Counted from the first letter of the stretch, positions 53,911 through 63,430 are shown. The stretch: DNA of 64,000 nucleotides from Rhodospirillales bacterium (GCA_030745835.1 JASLNU010000113.1:1361-65360); one strand, 5' to 3'. Numbers and translations: made by a program. Notes: generated by a model from the letters alone, not told the origin.

Positions 53911-55595
53911 CCGAAACCATACCCGTCCGGCGCCACCGTTGCGATGTGCTGATCGTCGGCGGCGGCGCGGCGGCGAGCATGGCCGCCTTCGAATGCGCCG
54001 ATGCCGGCGTCACCATGATCCAGGCAACAAAGGGACGCGCCACCTCGGGCACCACGACGGTGGCCAGGGGCGGGTTCGCCGCCGCCATCGGCGAAAATGA
54101 CAGCCCGGAACAGCACCTGGCCGAGATTCTGGAACATGGCGGCGAGCTGATCGATCCGGAACTGGCGGCGGTCTGGACCCGCGATATCGTCGCGATCGTC
54201 CATGATTTGCAATCCTGGGGCGCCGAATTTGTGACCGGCGACGACGGCGCGCTGGACCTCAAATCCTTTCCCGGCCACAGCCGCCCGCGCGCCGTGCATC
54301 ATTTCGACACCACCGGCAACATGTTGACCAAGGTGTTGTCGGCCAAGCTGCGCGGCGATGACCGCATCGAAAAACATTCGCTAACCGCCATCGTCGATTT
54401 GATCGCTGATGGCAGCCGGGTCACCGGCGCCTGGGGCGTTGATTACGGCGCCGGCGAGCTTGTCGCCTATGCGGCCAAACAGGTGATCGTCGCCACCGGC
54501 GGCGGCAGCGGGCTGTTCTACGTCAACGACAATCCGCCGCAGGTGACCGGCGACGGCTACGCCATGGGCTTCCGCGCCGGCTGTCCACTGCTGGGGATCG
54601 AGATGATCGATTTCCAGGCCATGTGTTGTAGCCCAGAAGAATTGTTCGGCTTTGCTCCGCATCCGACCGGCTTCATCAACGCCGGCGCCGTTTTCCGCAA
54701 CCGTAATGGCGAGGAATTCCTCAAACGCTATTACCCGGAGACGGCGGAACAGAGCACGCGCAGCGAAGTAATCCTGGCGATGGCTCGCGAAATCCACGCC
54801 GGGCGGGCGGCGCTCACCGGCGGCATCTTCATGGACGCGACGCGCGTCCCGCTGGAGGTGATCGAAAAGCAGATCCCGCATGTCTATAAAACCTGCCTGC
54901 ACCGGGGCATCGACATTACCGAAACGCCGCTCGAAGTGGCGCCCGGCAGCCACACCTGGCTCGGCGGATTGAAGATCGATGCTGACGGGCGGACGCCGGT
55001 GGCCGGCCTCTGGGCGGCGGGCGAAACGGCGGGCGGTATCCACGGCGGCAACCGCATCGGCGGATCGGCGCTGTCGGCATCCCTGGTATTTGGGCGCCGC
55101 GCCGGGCACGCCGCGGCGCGCGCCGCCAGGGTGGAAGATGCGCCACCGGTGGAAATCCCAGCCGAGGATGCCGATTGGGTGGCCCAACTGATAAGCCGGC
55201 GCGGCGGCCCGCACCAGGGCGAGGTGCGCCTCAACTGCCGCATGCTGGCCCATGAGAACCTGGGACCGATCCGCGATGCGGTCCATTGCAACGACGCCAT
55301 CCGGGCCTTCGAAAAAATCGAGGCCGAAGACGTCGGCCAAATGTGCCTCGCCGAAGAGGCTGGCGGGTCGCCGAAAATCCTGGGCCAGGAACTGGAAAGC
55401 GCCCTGGCGGTGAAAAACCTGGCGCTGTTGGGCCGCCTGCTGGGCACTGCGGCCGGCAGGCGCGAGGAAAGCCGCGGCGCCCACTACCGCATCGATTTCC
55501 CCGAAACCGACGATGCCCGCTGGCGCACGGTGACACGGCTGCATCCGGCGCAAGATGGCGCTATCGCGTTTCATGCCGATCCCGTGAAAGCTTAA
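53907..55595 (+). CDS. FAD-binding oxidoreductase of the fumarate reductase/succinate dehydrogenase/L-aspartate oxidase flavoprotein family
   Basis: CDVLIVGGGAAASMAAF dinucleotide fold, GLWAAGETAGGIHGGNRIGGSALSASLVFGRRAG, ESRGAHYRIDFPE. ATGA overlap with the upstream gene. Confidence 0.8.
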   Translation: MTETIPVRRHRCDVLIVGGGAAASMAAFECADAGVTMIQATKGRATSGTTTVARGGFAAAIGENDSPEQHLAEILEHGGELIDPELAAVWTRDIVAIVHDLQSWGAEFVTGDDGALDLKSFPGHSRPRAVHHFDTTGNMLTKVLSAKLRGDDRIEKHSLTAIVDLIADGSRVTGAWGVDYGAGELVAYAAKQVIVATGGGSGLFYVNDNPPQVTGDGYAMGFRAGCPLLGIEMIDFQAMCCSPEELFGFAPHPTGFINAGAVFRNRNGEEFLKRYYPETAEQSTRSEVILAMAREIHAGRAALTGGIFMDATRVPLEVIEKQIPHVYKTCLHRGIDITETPLEVAPGSHTWLGGLKIDADGRTPVAGLWAAGETAGGIHGGNRIGGSALSASLVFGRRAGHAAARAARVEDAPPVEIPAEDADWVAQLISRRGGPHQGEVRLNCRMLAHENLGPIRDAVHCNDAIRAFEKIEAEDVGQMCLAEEAGGSPKILGQELESALAVKNLALLGRLLGTAAGRREESRGAHYRIDFPETDDARWRTVTRLHPAQDGAIAFHADPVKA

Positions 55596-55705
55596 CATAT
55601 TCATATTTTGTGATATTTCACGGTTAGATTTATTATAGAATTCTGGCAAAAAACATTGAAGATATGAATATATTAAGTTATTATTGTCGATATCTGATAT
55701 TTCAC
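55596..55705. promoter_or_regulatory. AT-rich control region with repeated GTGATATTTCAC-type boxes upstream of the GntR/Mo-hydroxylase operon
   Basis: GTGATATTTCAC (55610-55621, palindromic GTGA-N4-TCAC) and CTGATATTTCAC (55694-55705), plus inverted pair ATATTCATAT / ATATGAATAT. GC drops sharply relative to the flanks. Confidence 0.35.
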
Positions 55706-55715
55706 TGGTTCCAAA

Positions 55716-56390
55716 ATGCTAGATGACAGTTCCATTACCAATGGCGGGCTGATCCGCGATAGCGTCTATGACAAGATACGCGCCGATATTCTCGCCTGCA
55801 CCCTGGCGCCGGGCGCGCGCATCCATGAAAACGACCTGGCGGCGCGCCATGATGTCTCGAAGTCGCCGGTGCGCGACGCGCTTCTGCGCCTCGAGGTGGA
55901 GGGCCTGATCGAGGTCTTGCCGCGCAAGGGCTACCGGGTGCGCCCGATATCGGTATCCGATGTGGGCGAGCTTTATGAAATGCGCTTGCTTTTGGAAAAA
56001 GCCTGCGTTCGCCGTGCCATCGCAGAGGCGACGGATGAAACCTTGGCCGGCCTCGATAGTTTCCGAAGCGCCGGTGATCGAGGCGGGCTCGCCGAATGGG
56101 TCCGCTACAACCGCCAATTCCACCGCGCCATCGCCATTGCTGCCGGCAATGCGCGCCTCGGCAAGGCCGCCGCCGAGGTTATCGACCAGTTCGACCGGCT
56201 GACCTTCGTCGGCGTCGCCCACATCACCAGCGAGGGCGCGGCGGAAAAGCTGGTGGTCGAACATGGCGCCCTGATCGATGCCATCCAGGGCCGCGACAAA
56301 GGCCGCGCCGGGCGCCTGATCACCGACCACATCAAGCAATCCCGGAAGCGGGTGTTCGCGGTGCTTGCCGATCCACCCATTGTAGATTAG
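55716..56390 (+). CDS. GntR family transcriptional regulator (FadR/FCD subfamily)
   Basis: N-terminal wHTH (LAARHDVSKSPVRDALLRLEVEGLIEVLPRKGYRV) and helical FCD-type C-terminal domain. 224 aa. Confidence 0.85.
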   Translation: MLDDSSITNGGLIRDSVYDKIRADILACTLAPGARIHENDLAARHDVSKSPVRDALLRLEVEGLIEVLPRKGYRVRPISVSDVGELYEMRLLLEKACVRRAIAEATDETLAGLDSFRSAGDRGGLAEWVRYNRQFHRAIAIAAGNARLGKAAAEVIDQFDRLTFVGVAHITSEGAAEKLVVEHGALIDAIQGRDKGRAGRLITDHIKQSRKRVFAVLADPPIVD

Positions 56391-56418
56391 GGGCGCCGAA
56401 CCAAGGGGGACAAAGCCA

Positions 56419-57291
56419 ATGAAACCATTCGAATTTATCAAGGCGGAGACTACCGAGGACGCCATCGCCGCGCTCGCCGAACATGGTCCGGATATCCGCA
56501 TCCTGGCCGGCGGCACCGACCTGCTGGTCGATCTCAAGCATGCCGGCGCATCGCCGGGCGTGGTCCTGGATATCTCTCGGGTGGATGACCTGTCCGCCAT
56601 ATCGCTGGCCGATGACGGGCTGCATATCGGCGCCGCCGTCACCCACACGGAGATCATGGACGATCCGCTGATCGAGGAACATGCGCCGGCGATGATCGAT
56701 GCGGCGCACACTGTCGGTGCCGTGCAGACCCGCAATCTGGGCACCATCGGCGGCAATCTTGTGACCTGCGTGCCGTCCATGGATTCAGGGCCGGTGCTGA
56801 TGGCGCTCGAAGCCGAGGTAACGCTGGCCGGCAGTGGCGGGCGGCGTCGCATGAAATTGACCGAATTCTTTGTCGGTCCGCGCAAGACCATCCTGGCAAC
56901 CGACGAGTTGCTGCTGGAAATCGTCATCCCGACGGAAAATCTTGGCAAGCCAGCCCATTTCCTGAAATTCGGCCTGCGCAAGGGGCAGGCCCTGGCGTTG
57001 GTCAATGTGGCTTCCAGCCTGTGGCTCGAGGACGGCAAGATCACGGCGCCGCGCATTGCCTTGGGCGCCGTCGCGCCCGTCGTCATCCGCTGCGAAGGCG
57101 CCGAAGCCGCGCTCGAGGGCCAGGCCGTCTCGGATCAAGTCATTGCCGAGGCCGCCAAAATCGCCGCCGGTGAAGCCAGGCCGATCGACGATTTCCGCGC
57201 CTCCAAGGAATATCGGATGGATTTAATAGAAGTGGGCGTTCGAAGGACGCTTGCCGCCGCCATTGAGCTGGCCGGCCAGGAAGGAGAGTAA
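56419..57291 (+). CDS. xanthine dehydrogenase family FAD-binding subunit (CoxM-like)
   Basis: ILAGGTDLLVDLK, TIGGNL, DFRASKEYR motifs. 290 aa. Confidence 0.85.
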   Translation: MKPFEFIKAETTEDAIAALAEHGPDIRILAGGTDLLVDLKHAGASPGVVLDISRVDDLSAISLADDGLHIGAAVTHTEIMDDPLIEEHAPAMIDAAHTVGAVQTRNLGTIGGNLVTCVPSMDSGPVLMALEAEVTLAGSGGRRRMKLTEFFVGPRKTILATDELLLEIVIPTENLGKPAHFLKFGLRKGQALALVNVASSLWLEDGKITAPRIALGAVAPVVIRCEGAEAALEGQAVSDQVIAEAAKIAAGEARPIDDFRASKEYRMDLIEVGVRRTLAAAIELAGQEGE

Positions 57292-57295
57292 ATCA

Positions 57296-57775
57296 ATGGA
57301 TGTCACGATGACCGTAAACGGGCGCGAGATGAGTGCCTCGGTGCCGCCGGAAACGACGCTCTTGAAATTGCTGCGCGAAGATTGGGACCTGACCGGCGCC
57401 AAATTGGGGTGCGATGTCGGCGATTGCGGCGCCTGCACGGTGCTGGTCGACGGCATGGCGGTAAATGCCTGCCTGATGCTCGCCGGGCAGGCCGACGGGC
57501 GCGAGATCACAACCATCGAAGGGCTCGCCGATCTCGACGCCTTCCACCCGTTGCAGAAAACCTTCGAGGAACTGGCCGCCCTGCAATGCGGTTTCTGCGG
57601 GCCGGGCATCATCCTGGCGGCAAAATACCTGCTCGATAACAATCCCGATCCCAGCATCGACGAAATCCGCGATGGCCTGGCCGGCAATCTCTGCCGCTGT
57701 ACCGGTTACACCAAGATCATCGAGGCTGTAGCCGACACCGCCAAGGAATTGGCCGCCGGGAAAGACGCGGCCTGA
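57296..57775 (+). CDS. (2Fe-2S)-binding subunit (CoxS-like)
   Basis: GCDVGDCGACTV and QCGFCGPG...CRCTGY cluster motifs. Start at ATG 57296 behind GGAAGGAGAG. Confidence 0.9.
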   Translation: MDVTMTVNGREMSASVPPETTLLKLLREDWDLTGAKLGCDVGDCGACTVLVDGMAVNACLMLAGQADGREITTIEGLADLDAFHPLQKTFEELAALQCGFCGPGIILAAKYLLDNNPDPSIDEIRDGLAGNLCRCTGYTKIIEAVADTAKELAAGKDAA

Positions 57776-57789
57776 CTGAGGAGAGAACT

Positions 57790-59175
57790 ATGGACGACAA
57801 TGTCAAGGTACTGGACAAGGACACGGCGCTGGAAGAGTTGCGCGAAGCCGACGAAGCGCTGCGCCTGCCCGCCGTCCGTGAGCCGGTCACCTACCCGATC
57901 GAGACGCGGGTTCCAGATGCCCGCCAGCAGACCCCCGCCGTCGGCCAGCGCGCCACCCGGCCCGATGGCCGCCTGCATGGCCTCGGCCAGACCAAATATA
58001 TCGACGATTTGTCATTTCCCGGCATGATCCACGCCAAGATCAAGCGCGCCGGCATCGCCCATGCGCGCATCAAAAGCATCGACGTTTCCGAAGCCGAAAA
58101 TATGCCGGGTGTGCTGGCGACCCTGGTCGGCAGCGAAATCCCGGTCAATTCCTTCGGCCCCAGCCTGCAGGACCAGCCGGTGCTGGCCAGCGAAATCGTG
58201 TTCCACGCCGGCGACGGCGTCGCCGCTGTCGCCGCCGTTACCGAGCAATTGGCCCTGGATGCGCTCGAAAAAATCAAGGTCGAATTTGAGCCGATGACCC
58301 CGGTCTTCGATCCCATCGAAGCGATGCAGGACGATGCGCCCCGTGTGCATGATCCGGACAGCAACATTTATTCCACCAAAATCATCAAGAAGGGCGAGGT
58401 GGACAAGGGATTCGCCGAGGCAGACCATATCTTCGAAGGCACCTTCAGGACCCAGATGGTGGAGCACGTACCAATGGAACCGCACGCCACCATCGCCGAA
58501 TGGGACGGCAACGGGCGCCTGACCCTCTGGTCCACGCTCGGGCGCATCACCCTCGGGCGCGCCGATATTTCGCGCACCCTCGAGTTGCCGTTCAACCGCA
58601 TCCGCATCATCGGCACCGTGGTCGGCGGCAATTTCGGCGGCAAGAACGAGATCACCCAGGAACCGATCCTCGGCCTCCTCTCCAAAAAAACCGGGCGTCC
58701 GGTGAAGGGCGTCTATAGCCGCGAAGACGAGTTCATTTCCTCGACCACACGCCACCCCTTCATCATGGAATACAAGACCGGCGTCAATTCCGACGGCCGC
58801 ATCCAGGCCCGCAAGGTGCGCCTGGTCTGCGACGGCGGCGCCTATTGTTCCTGGTCGGAAACGACGCTCGGCAAGGCCTGCATCCTATCGGCGGGGCCCT
58901 ACAATATCGACAACCTGCATGTGGAAGCCTTCGCCGTCTACACCAACAAGACGATGACCGGGGCGATGCGCGGCTTCGGCGCGCCGCAGGTCTGCTTCGC
59001 CTATGAAAGCCACATGGACGACATGGCGGCGGCGCTCGGTATCGATCCCCTGGAAATTCGGGTGCTGAACGCCTTCGAGGAAAACGCCGCCAGTCCCACC
59101 GGCCAGGTGCTGCAGTCGGTGGTGGTCAAGGATTCGCTTGAAATGGCCGCCGAACGCTTCGGCTGGAAGGAGTAG
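57790..59175 (+). CDS. molybdopterin-binding subunit, N-terminal part (split large subunit)
   Basis: Ald_Xan_dh a/b-hammerhead region (GQTKYIDDLSFPGMIHAKIKRA) and GGNFGGK, MTGAMRGFGAPQ motifs. Ends 5 nt before the next ORF. Confidence 0.85.
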   Translation: MDDNVKVLDKDTALEELREADEALRLPAVREPVTYPIETRVPDARQQTPAVGQRATRPDGRLHGLGQTKYIDDLSFPGMIHAKIKRAGIAHARIKSIDVSEAENMPGVLATLVGSEIPVNSFGPSLQDQPVLASEIVFHAGDGVAAVAAVTEQLALDALEKIKVEFEPMTPVFDPIEAMQDDAPRVHDPDSNIYSTKIIKKGEVDKGFAEADHIFEGTFRTQMVEHVPMEPHATIAEWDGNGRLTLWSTLGRITLGRADISRTLELPFNRIRIIGTVVGGNFGGKNEITQEPILGLLSKKTGRPVKGVYSREDEFISSTTRHPFIMEYKTGVNSDGRIQARKVRLVCDGGAYCSWSETTLGKACILSAGPYNIDNLHVEAFAVYTNKTMTGAMRGFGAPQVCFAYESHMDDMAAALGIDPLEIRVLNAFEENAASPTGQVLQSVVVKDSLEMAAERFGWKE

Positions 59176-59180
59176 CCGAT

Positions 59181-60203
59181 ATGAAACACTCAGGAAAAGG
59201 CATCGGCTGCATGTGGTACCCGATCGGCTTCACGGTGGCCGCCAACCCGTCGGCGGCGACCGTCAAGGTCAACGAGGACGGCACCGCGACGGTGCTCACC
59301 GGCACCGTCGAAACCGGGCAGGGGTCGCTCACCGTCCTCGGCCAGATCGCGGCGGAGGAGCTGGGCATTTCGGCGGACGATGTGCATGTGGTCTCCGCCG
59401 ACACCGACACCACGCCGATGGATACCGGCGCCATCGCGTCGCGCACCACCTATGTCACCGGCAACGCCATCCAGCTGGCCGCCGAGAAGGCCAAGGAAAT
59501 ATTGTTCGAGGTGGCGGCGCCGATGTTGCGCGTCCGCCCCGACCAGTTGGAAACCGCCGACCGCAAGATCCAGGTCAAGGGCTTCCCGCAACGCTGCCTG
59601 CCGATCGCCGAGGTCGCCAATCAGGCCCAGTTCGTGATCGGCATGCCGGCCATCGGCTCGGCCTCGTTCAACCCGCCGACGGTCGAGATGGACCCCGAAA
59701 CCGGGCAGGGCAAACCCTTTTCCACCTATGTCTATGCGACCCAGATCGCCGAGGTCGAGGTCGATGACGAAACCGGCGAGGTCGATGTATTGCGCATCGC
59801 CGCCGCCCACGATTGCGGCACCGCCATCAACCCGATGCTGGTCGAGGGCCAGGTGCAGGGTGGCATCTCGATGGGTATCGGCTTCGCCCTGCAGGAAGAA
59901 ATGCTGTTCGACGAAGCGGGGCTGCAGGTCAATCCCAACCTGACCAACTATATCATGCCGACATCGCTCGATATGCCCGAGATCGAGGTGGATATCGTCG
60001 AAAACTTCGATCCCACCGGGCCGTTCGGCGCCAAGGGCGTCGGCGAGCCGACCTCGGTGCCGACGGCGGCGGCGATCCTCAACGCCATCCATGACGCCGT
60101 CGGGGTGCGGATATATTCGCTGCCCGCCACGGCGGAGAAGATTTTGGCGGCGATCAAGGAAAAACGAGAAGGCGCAGCCCAAGCCTTGCCGGCGGCGGAA
60201 TAA
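59181..60203 (+). CDS. molybdopterin-binding subunit, C-terminal part (split large subunit)
   Basis: GKGIGCMWYP, TVETGQGS, DCGTAINP, GPFGAKGVGEP motifs equal the C-terminal half of a CoxL/XdhB-type subunit. Confidence 0.85.
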   Translation: MKHSGKGIGCMWYPIGFTVAANPSAATVKVNEDGTATVLTGTVETGQGSLTVLGQIAAEELGISADDVHVVSADTDTTPMDTGAIASRTTYVTGNAIQLAAEKAKEILFEVAAPMLRVRPDQLETADRKIQVKGFPQRCLPIAEVANQAQFVIGMPAIGSASFNPPTVEMDPETGQGKPFSTYVYATQIAEVEVDDETGEVDVLRIAAAHDCGTAINPMLVEGQVQGGISMGIGFALQEEMLFDEAGLQVNPNLTNYIMPTSLDMPEIEVDIVENFDPTGPFGAKGVGEPTSVPTAAAILNAIHDAVGVRIYSLPATAEKILAAIKEKREGAAQALPAAE

Positions 60204-60436
60204 TAGCTCAAGCGTTCTTCACGGCGCGGGCGTGAGGTAAGCTCGGACAGTCATTACACGTTCGCCATGCCCCATACATAAACAGGTGCCAAGTTCGACG
60301 GGCGCGCGGCCAACCCGTGGCCATCCCCGCGCGCCCTGCGTCCGTGGTGCGACACATTTTCCAAAAATCGACCATACCGTTTCATCACTATTCCTAACGG
60401 TTCCTACCGGTTTATACCGGTTCTGGATGGCTCAGC

Positions 60437-60494
60437 GACGCAGCCCGTGTGGGGTTGGCTGGGCCGGCCACACGGGCGTGAGGTACGCTCGGAC
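60437..60494. repeat. REP-like palindromic element, copy 2 (partial third copy 60225-60248)
   Basis: See 37575-37622. GGCGTGAGGTA(A/C)GCTCGGAC recurs at 60229 and 60474. GGCCAACCCG(T)GGCCATCCCC recurs at 60308 and 60586. Confidence 0.5.
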
Positions 60495-61057
60495 CTATAT
60501 GCATGCGGGGCACGCGCCGCCATCGACATCTTGACGGGTTTTAAACCCGCCCACGCCAACGACCGAGTGTGCATCACGCCCGGCTGGCCAACCCGGCCAT
60601 CCCCAGCCGGGCTGTTTCCTTACGACCTATTCACAATGTCCAAGAGCCTTGCATTGTATTTAGAACGTATGGTGAACGATGCAAGGGGACTCATCGGCAT
60701 TGGGTGCGTGGCGATGGCCGGGTCGAGGCAGCGTTCATGCCGGGATGAGACGGGGCGGCGTTGCGGCGGGTTTTTGCACCACGGAGGGCACAAAGGACAC
60801 AGAGGGGCGTTTAATCGCGAAGACTGTATTTAATGCTCACGATTGGGCCTCATTAATTAAGTGTACTGCCCCGAAATAGCGCGAAATAGCACTGTGGAAG
60901 CGGATTATTAGGGCGGTGGATGAGCTGCTTTCGGAAGAAAGGCCCGAAGCGGTTGGCGAGCAATAACCGAAGTCCGCTTCGCCCCCTAAAGCCGACATTC
61001 AGCGTATATGGCCGGAATGTCCGCTGTTGACCCGGAGCGGACATCAGAAGAAGTAAG

Positions 61058-61477
61058 TCACCTGCCAAAATGCTTGGTTAGGATAAGACAATTTCGTCCC
61101 CTTTCACGCCGATATTCGATGCCATCCATTAGACCCTTTACCAGATGGATGCCTAAACCGCCTACCTCGCGATCCTTTAAGGCAGCTTTAGTATCGGGTT
61201 CCTTTGCATCTCTCGGATCGAAGGCTGCGGCGTCGTCTGTTATCCTCACATCCAACTTATCAGACTTCAGGTCAATCTGTATTTCAATGGTATGTGCATC
61301 TTGATCTGAATAGCCGTAGGAGACCGTATTTGTCAGCAATTCTTCGATTGAGAGCTTAACCATATAAAGGATGTCAGGGGGCAACCCATTCTGCTCCCCG
61401 AACGCGTGCACACGATCTCTAACTCGGCGAATTTGTCCCAGTTCGTTTGCAACTTTGATTGTGAGTTGGTCAATCAA
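61058..61477 (-). CDS. anti-sigma regulatory factor-type Ser/Thr kinase (RsbW/SpoIIAB-like HATPase)
   Basis: 139 aa. VKLSIEELLTNTVSYG (N-box), DDAAAFDP, GGLGIHLVKGLMD (G-boxes). TTG start overlaps the stop of the upstream phosphatase gene. Confidence 0.7.
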   Translation of the reverse strand: MIDQLTIKVANELGQIRRVRDRVHAFGEQNGLPPDILYMVKLSIEELLTNTVSYGYSDQDAHTIEIQIDLKSDKLDVRITDDAAAFDPRDAKEPDTKAALKDREVGGLGIHLVKGLMDGIEYRRERGRNCLILTKHFGR

Positions 61478-63420
61478 TTTGGCCTCTGAACTTTAGTATT
61501 TGGGTTTTCACCATCCCGTAGGTATCGCATTGCAACGCAAGTCATATCGTCAAATGGCGGCGCGTGATCGGTAAACTCGCTGACCTTATCGAACACATGG
61601 TTGATCACGTCTTCCGCCGGGAACTGAACGCATTCTTTGAGAACCGTAGCTAGGTTCGTGTCGGAAAACTCTTTGTGAGATGGATTCTTTGCCTCGGTAA
61701 TGCCATCGGAATAACAGAACAGCGCGTCCCCAGGGACCAAGTTCACTGATTTTTCCACGTACGAAGTATCTAACCTAACCCCCACAGGGAGTGCTCCCGG
61801 CGCCGACAGCTGCTCCAAATTTCGGTCGGATCCGAACAGGTACGGTGGGAGGTGGCCTGCGTTGGCGTAAGTGAGCACGCCTGTCTTGATGTCGAAAACG
61901 CCATAAAAAACTGTCGCGAACATGAATGACTCGTTACCCGGGACTAATTCATTATTAAGCTGCATCAGAACAGAGCCCGGCCCCCGGTCGCGACTGATCG
62001 TGGTTTTCAATATTGTAAAAGCCCGAGCCATGAACAATGCCGCCCCAACGTCATGGCCCGTTGCATCGCCGATTACAATGCCGATACGATGTTCGCCGAC
62101 CTCAAAGACATCGTAGAAATCCCCGGTGACTTCCCCGGAAGGCGTCCATTTTGCGGCAAATGTAAGCGGCCGCTCGGGAGTTGGGAGTGGGAACTGTCTT
62201 GGCAATAAAGCAAGCTGCAGTTCATGTGCGGATTGAAGCTCTTTCTGTACCCGCAGCCATTCGGCGTTCGCTCTGTCTTCCGCGAGCTTGAGTTCGGTGA
62301 CATCCATATAAACTGCCACGGTCCCGCTAGTTTCCGTTTTCCGCTCGCTGATCTGAACCCAGCGGCCGTCTCCTCGTTGCTGCAGGTGGGGCCCGCTTGG
62401 GTTGCGATGTTTTTCGAGCCGGTCAGCAACCCATTCATCGATTCGATCGCCGGCATCTGGGATCAAGCCTTGTTGTGCTGCCGTGCGAACAATCGATTCG
62501 AACGGCGTGCCATGGAGTAGATAGTCCTTGATCCCGGGAGGAAGCATTATCTCGCGATATATGCTGTTGAACAGCACCAATCGGTCGTCGGCATCGTAAA
62601 GCGAAAAGCCCTCGGTGATGCTTTCGAGAGCGTCGGTAAGCGTATTTTGGGCCCGTTCCAACTCGGCGGTTCTGGTCGCAACGAGTTCTTCCAGATGGTC
62701 ACGATGCTCGGCTAGCTCGTGCATCATTTGGCCAATGTTGTCGCTGAGAAATTCGAACTCACTGATGCCTTTATATTCAGGCGGCTTTTGCTCGCGAAAA
62801 TCGCTGATCAACTGGTTGATAGGCCGGCCTATTGCGCGGCGAAGGTAGACGGCAAGCACTCCCGCGAGCAATAAAACGACAAGACCGGTTCCTACGGAGA
62901 AGTTGCGAACCCGCTCTTTGAGAATGGAAAATGCCCCGGATCCTTTCAGAAGTACAATGCGCCAGTTCCAAGGTTTGAATTCGACGCTCCTGGCGTAGAA
63001 AGCCTCTCCATCGGGACCATAAACATATACATCTTGAGCATCGCCAATACGATCGAGGAGACGGGGTACTATGGAATCGCCGCTTGAAAACGACATCCTA
63101 TTGTTGTCCAACTCGTAAACGACAACACCCACCTCATCTTGGCGTGTAATATCTTCGAAGCGCTCGAATACCCGCAGTTGGGCGACTAATTTCTGAGGAC
63201 CCTTCCGACATTCTAAGCCCCGGATGTTGCATCGGTCGATTTCGAAGTCGACTTCCCTGTAAAAGGCCCTGGAAAGCGAGGAGAGGTTTTCCTTAATGAT
63301 TTGGCCGACGATTTCCTCCACAGGACCTGAAATCAGAAAATAGAAGCCGACCCCCGCAAAGATCAGGAGCGTCGCAACCGGCGCGAGAATGATCGTTTCC
63401 AGGCTTTTCAAGCGCGGCAT
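61474..63420 (-). CDS. membrane sensor PP2C phosphatase (SpoIIE/RsbU-like) with extracytoplasmic domain, HAMP and PAS
   Basis: Two TM segments flank ~160 aa. HAMP-like RRAIGRPINQLISDF. PAS-like ALESITEGFSLYDADDRLVLFNSIY. PP2C/SpoIIE core GDFYDVFEVGEHRIGIVIGDATGHDVGAALFMA...ANAGHLPP...CYSDGITE. Start at ATG 63420 behind GGGAG. Confidence 0.8.
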   Translation of the reverse strand: MPRLKSLETIILAPVATLLIFAGVGFYFLISGPVEEIVGQIIKENLSSLSRAFYREVDFEIDRCNIRGLECRKGPQKLVAQLRVFERFEDITRQDEVGVVVYELDNNRMSFSSGDSIVPRLLDRIGDAQDVYVYGPDGEAFYARSVEFKPWNWRIVLLKGSGAFSILKERVRNFSVGTGLVVLLLAGVLAVYLRRAIGRPINQLISDFREQKPPEYKGISEFEFLSDNIGQMMHELAEHRDHLEELVATRTAELERAQNTLTDALESITEGFSLYDADDRLVLFNSIYREIMLPPGIKDYLLHGTPFESIVRTAAQQGLIPDAGDRIDEWVADRLEKHRNPSGPHLQQRGDGRWVQISERKTETSGTVAVYMDVTELKLAEDRANAEWLRVQKELQSAHELQLALLPRQFPLPTPERPLTFAAKWTPSGEVTGDFYDVFEVGEHRIGIVIGDATGHDVGAALFMARAFTILKTTISRDRGPGSVLMQLNNELVPGNESFMFATVFYGVFDIKTGVLTYANAGHLPPYLFGSDRNLEQLSAPGALPVGVRLDTSYVEKSVNLVPGDALFCYSDGITEAKNPSHKEFSDTNLATVLKECVQFPAEDVINHVFDKVSEFTDHAPPFDDMTCVAMRYLRDGENPNTKVQRPN

Positions 63421-63430
63421 TTCAATCTCC

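Noticed and set aside
60447-61068. ORFs of 128 aa (+) and 71 aa (-) in the 60.2-61.06 kb gap, and a possible degraded STAS or transposase gene
   Set aside because: The translations are Arg/Gly/His-rich with no domain-like pattern. They span repeat copies and hairpins, and I could recognise no remnant of a STAS or transposase motif in any frame. The region is treated as noncoding and repeat-rich.
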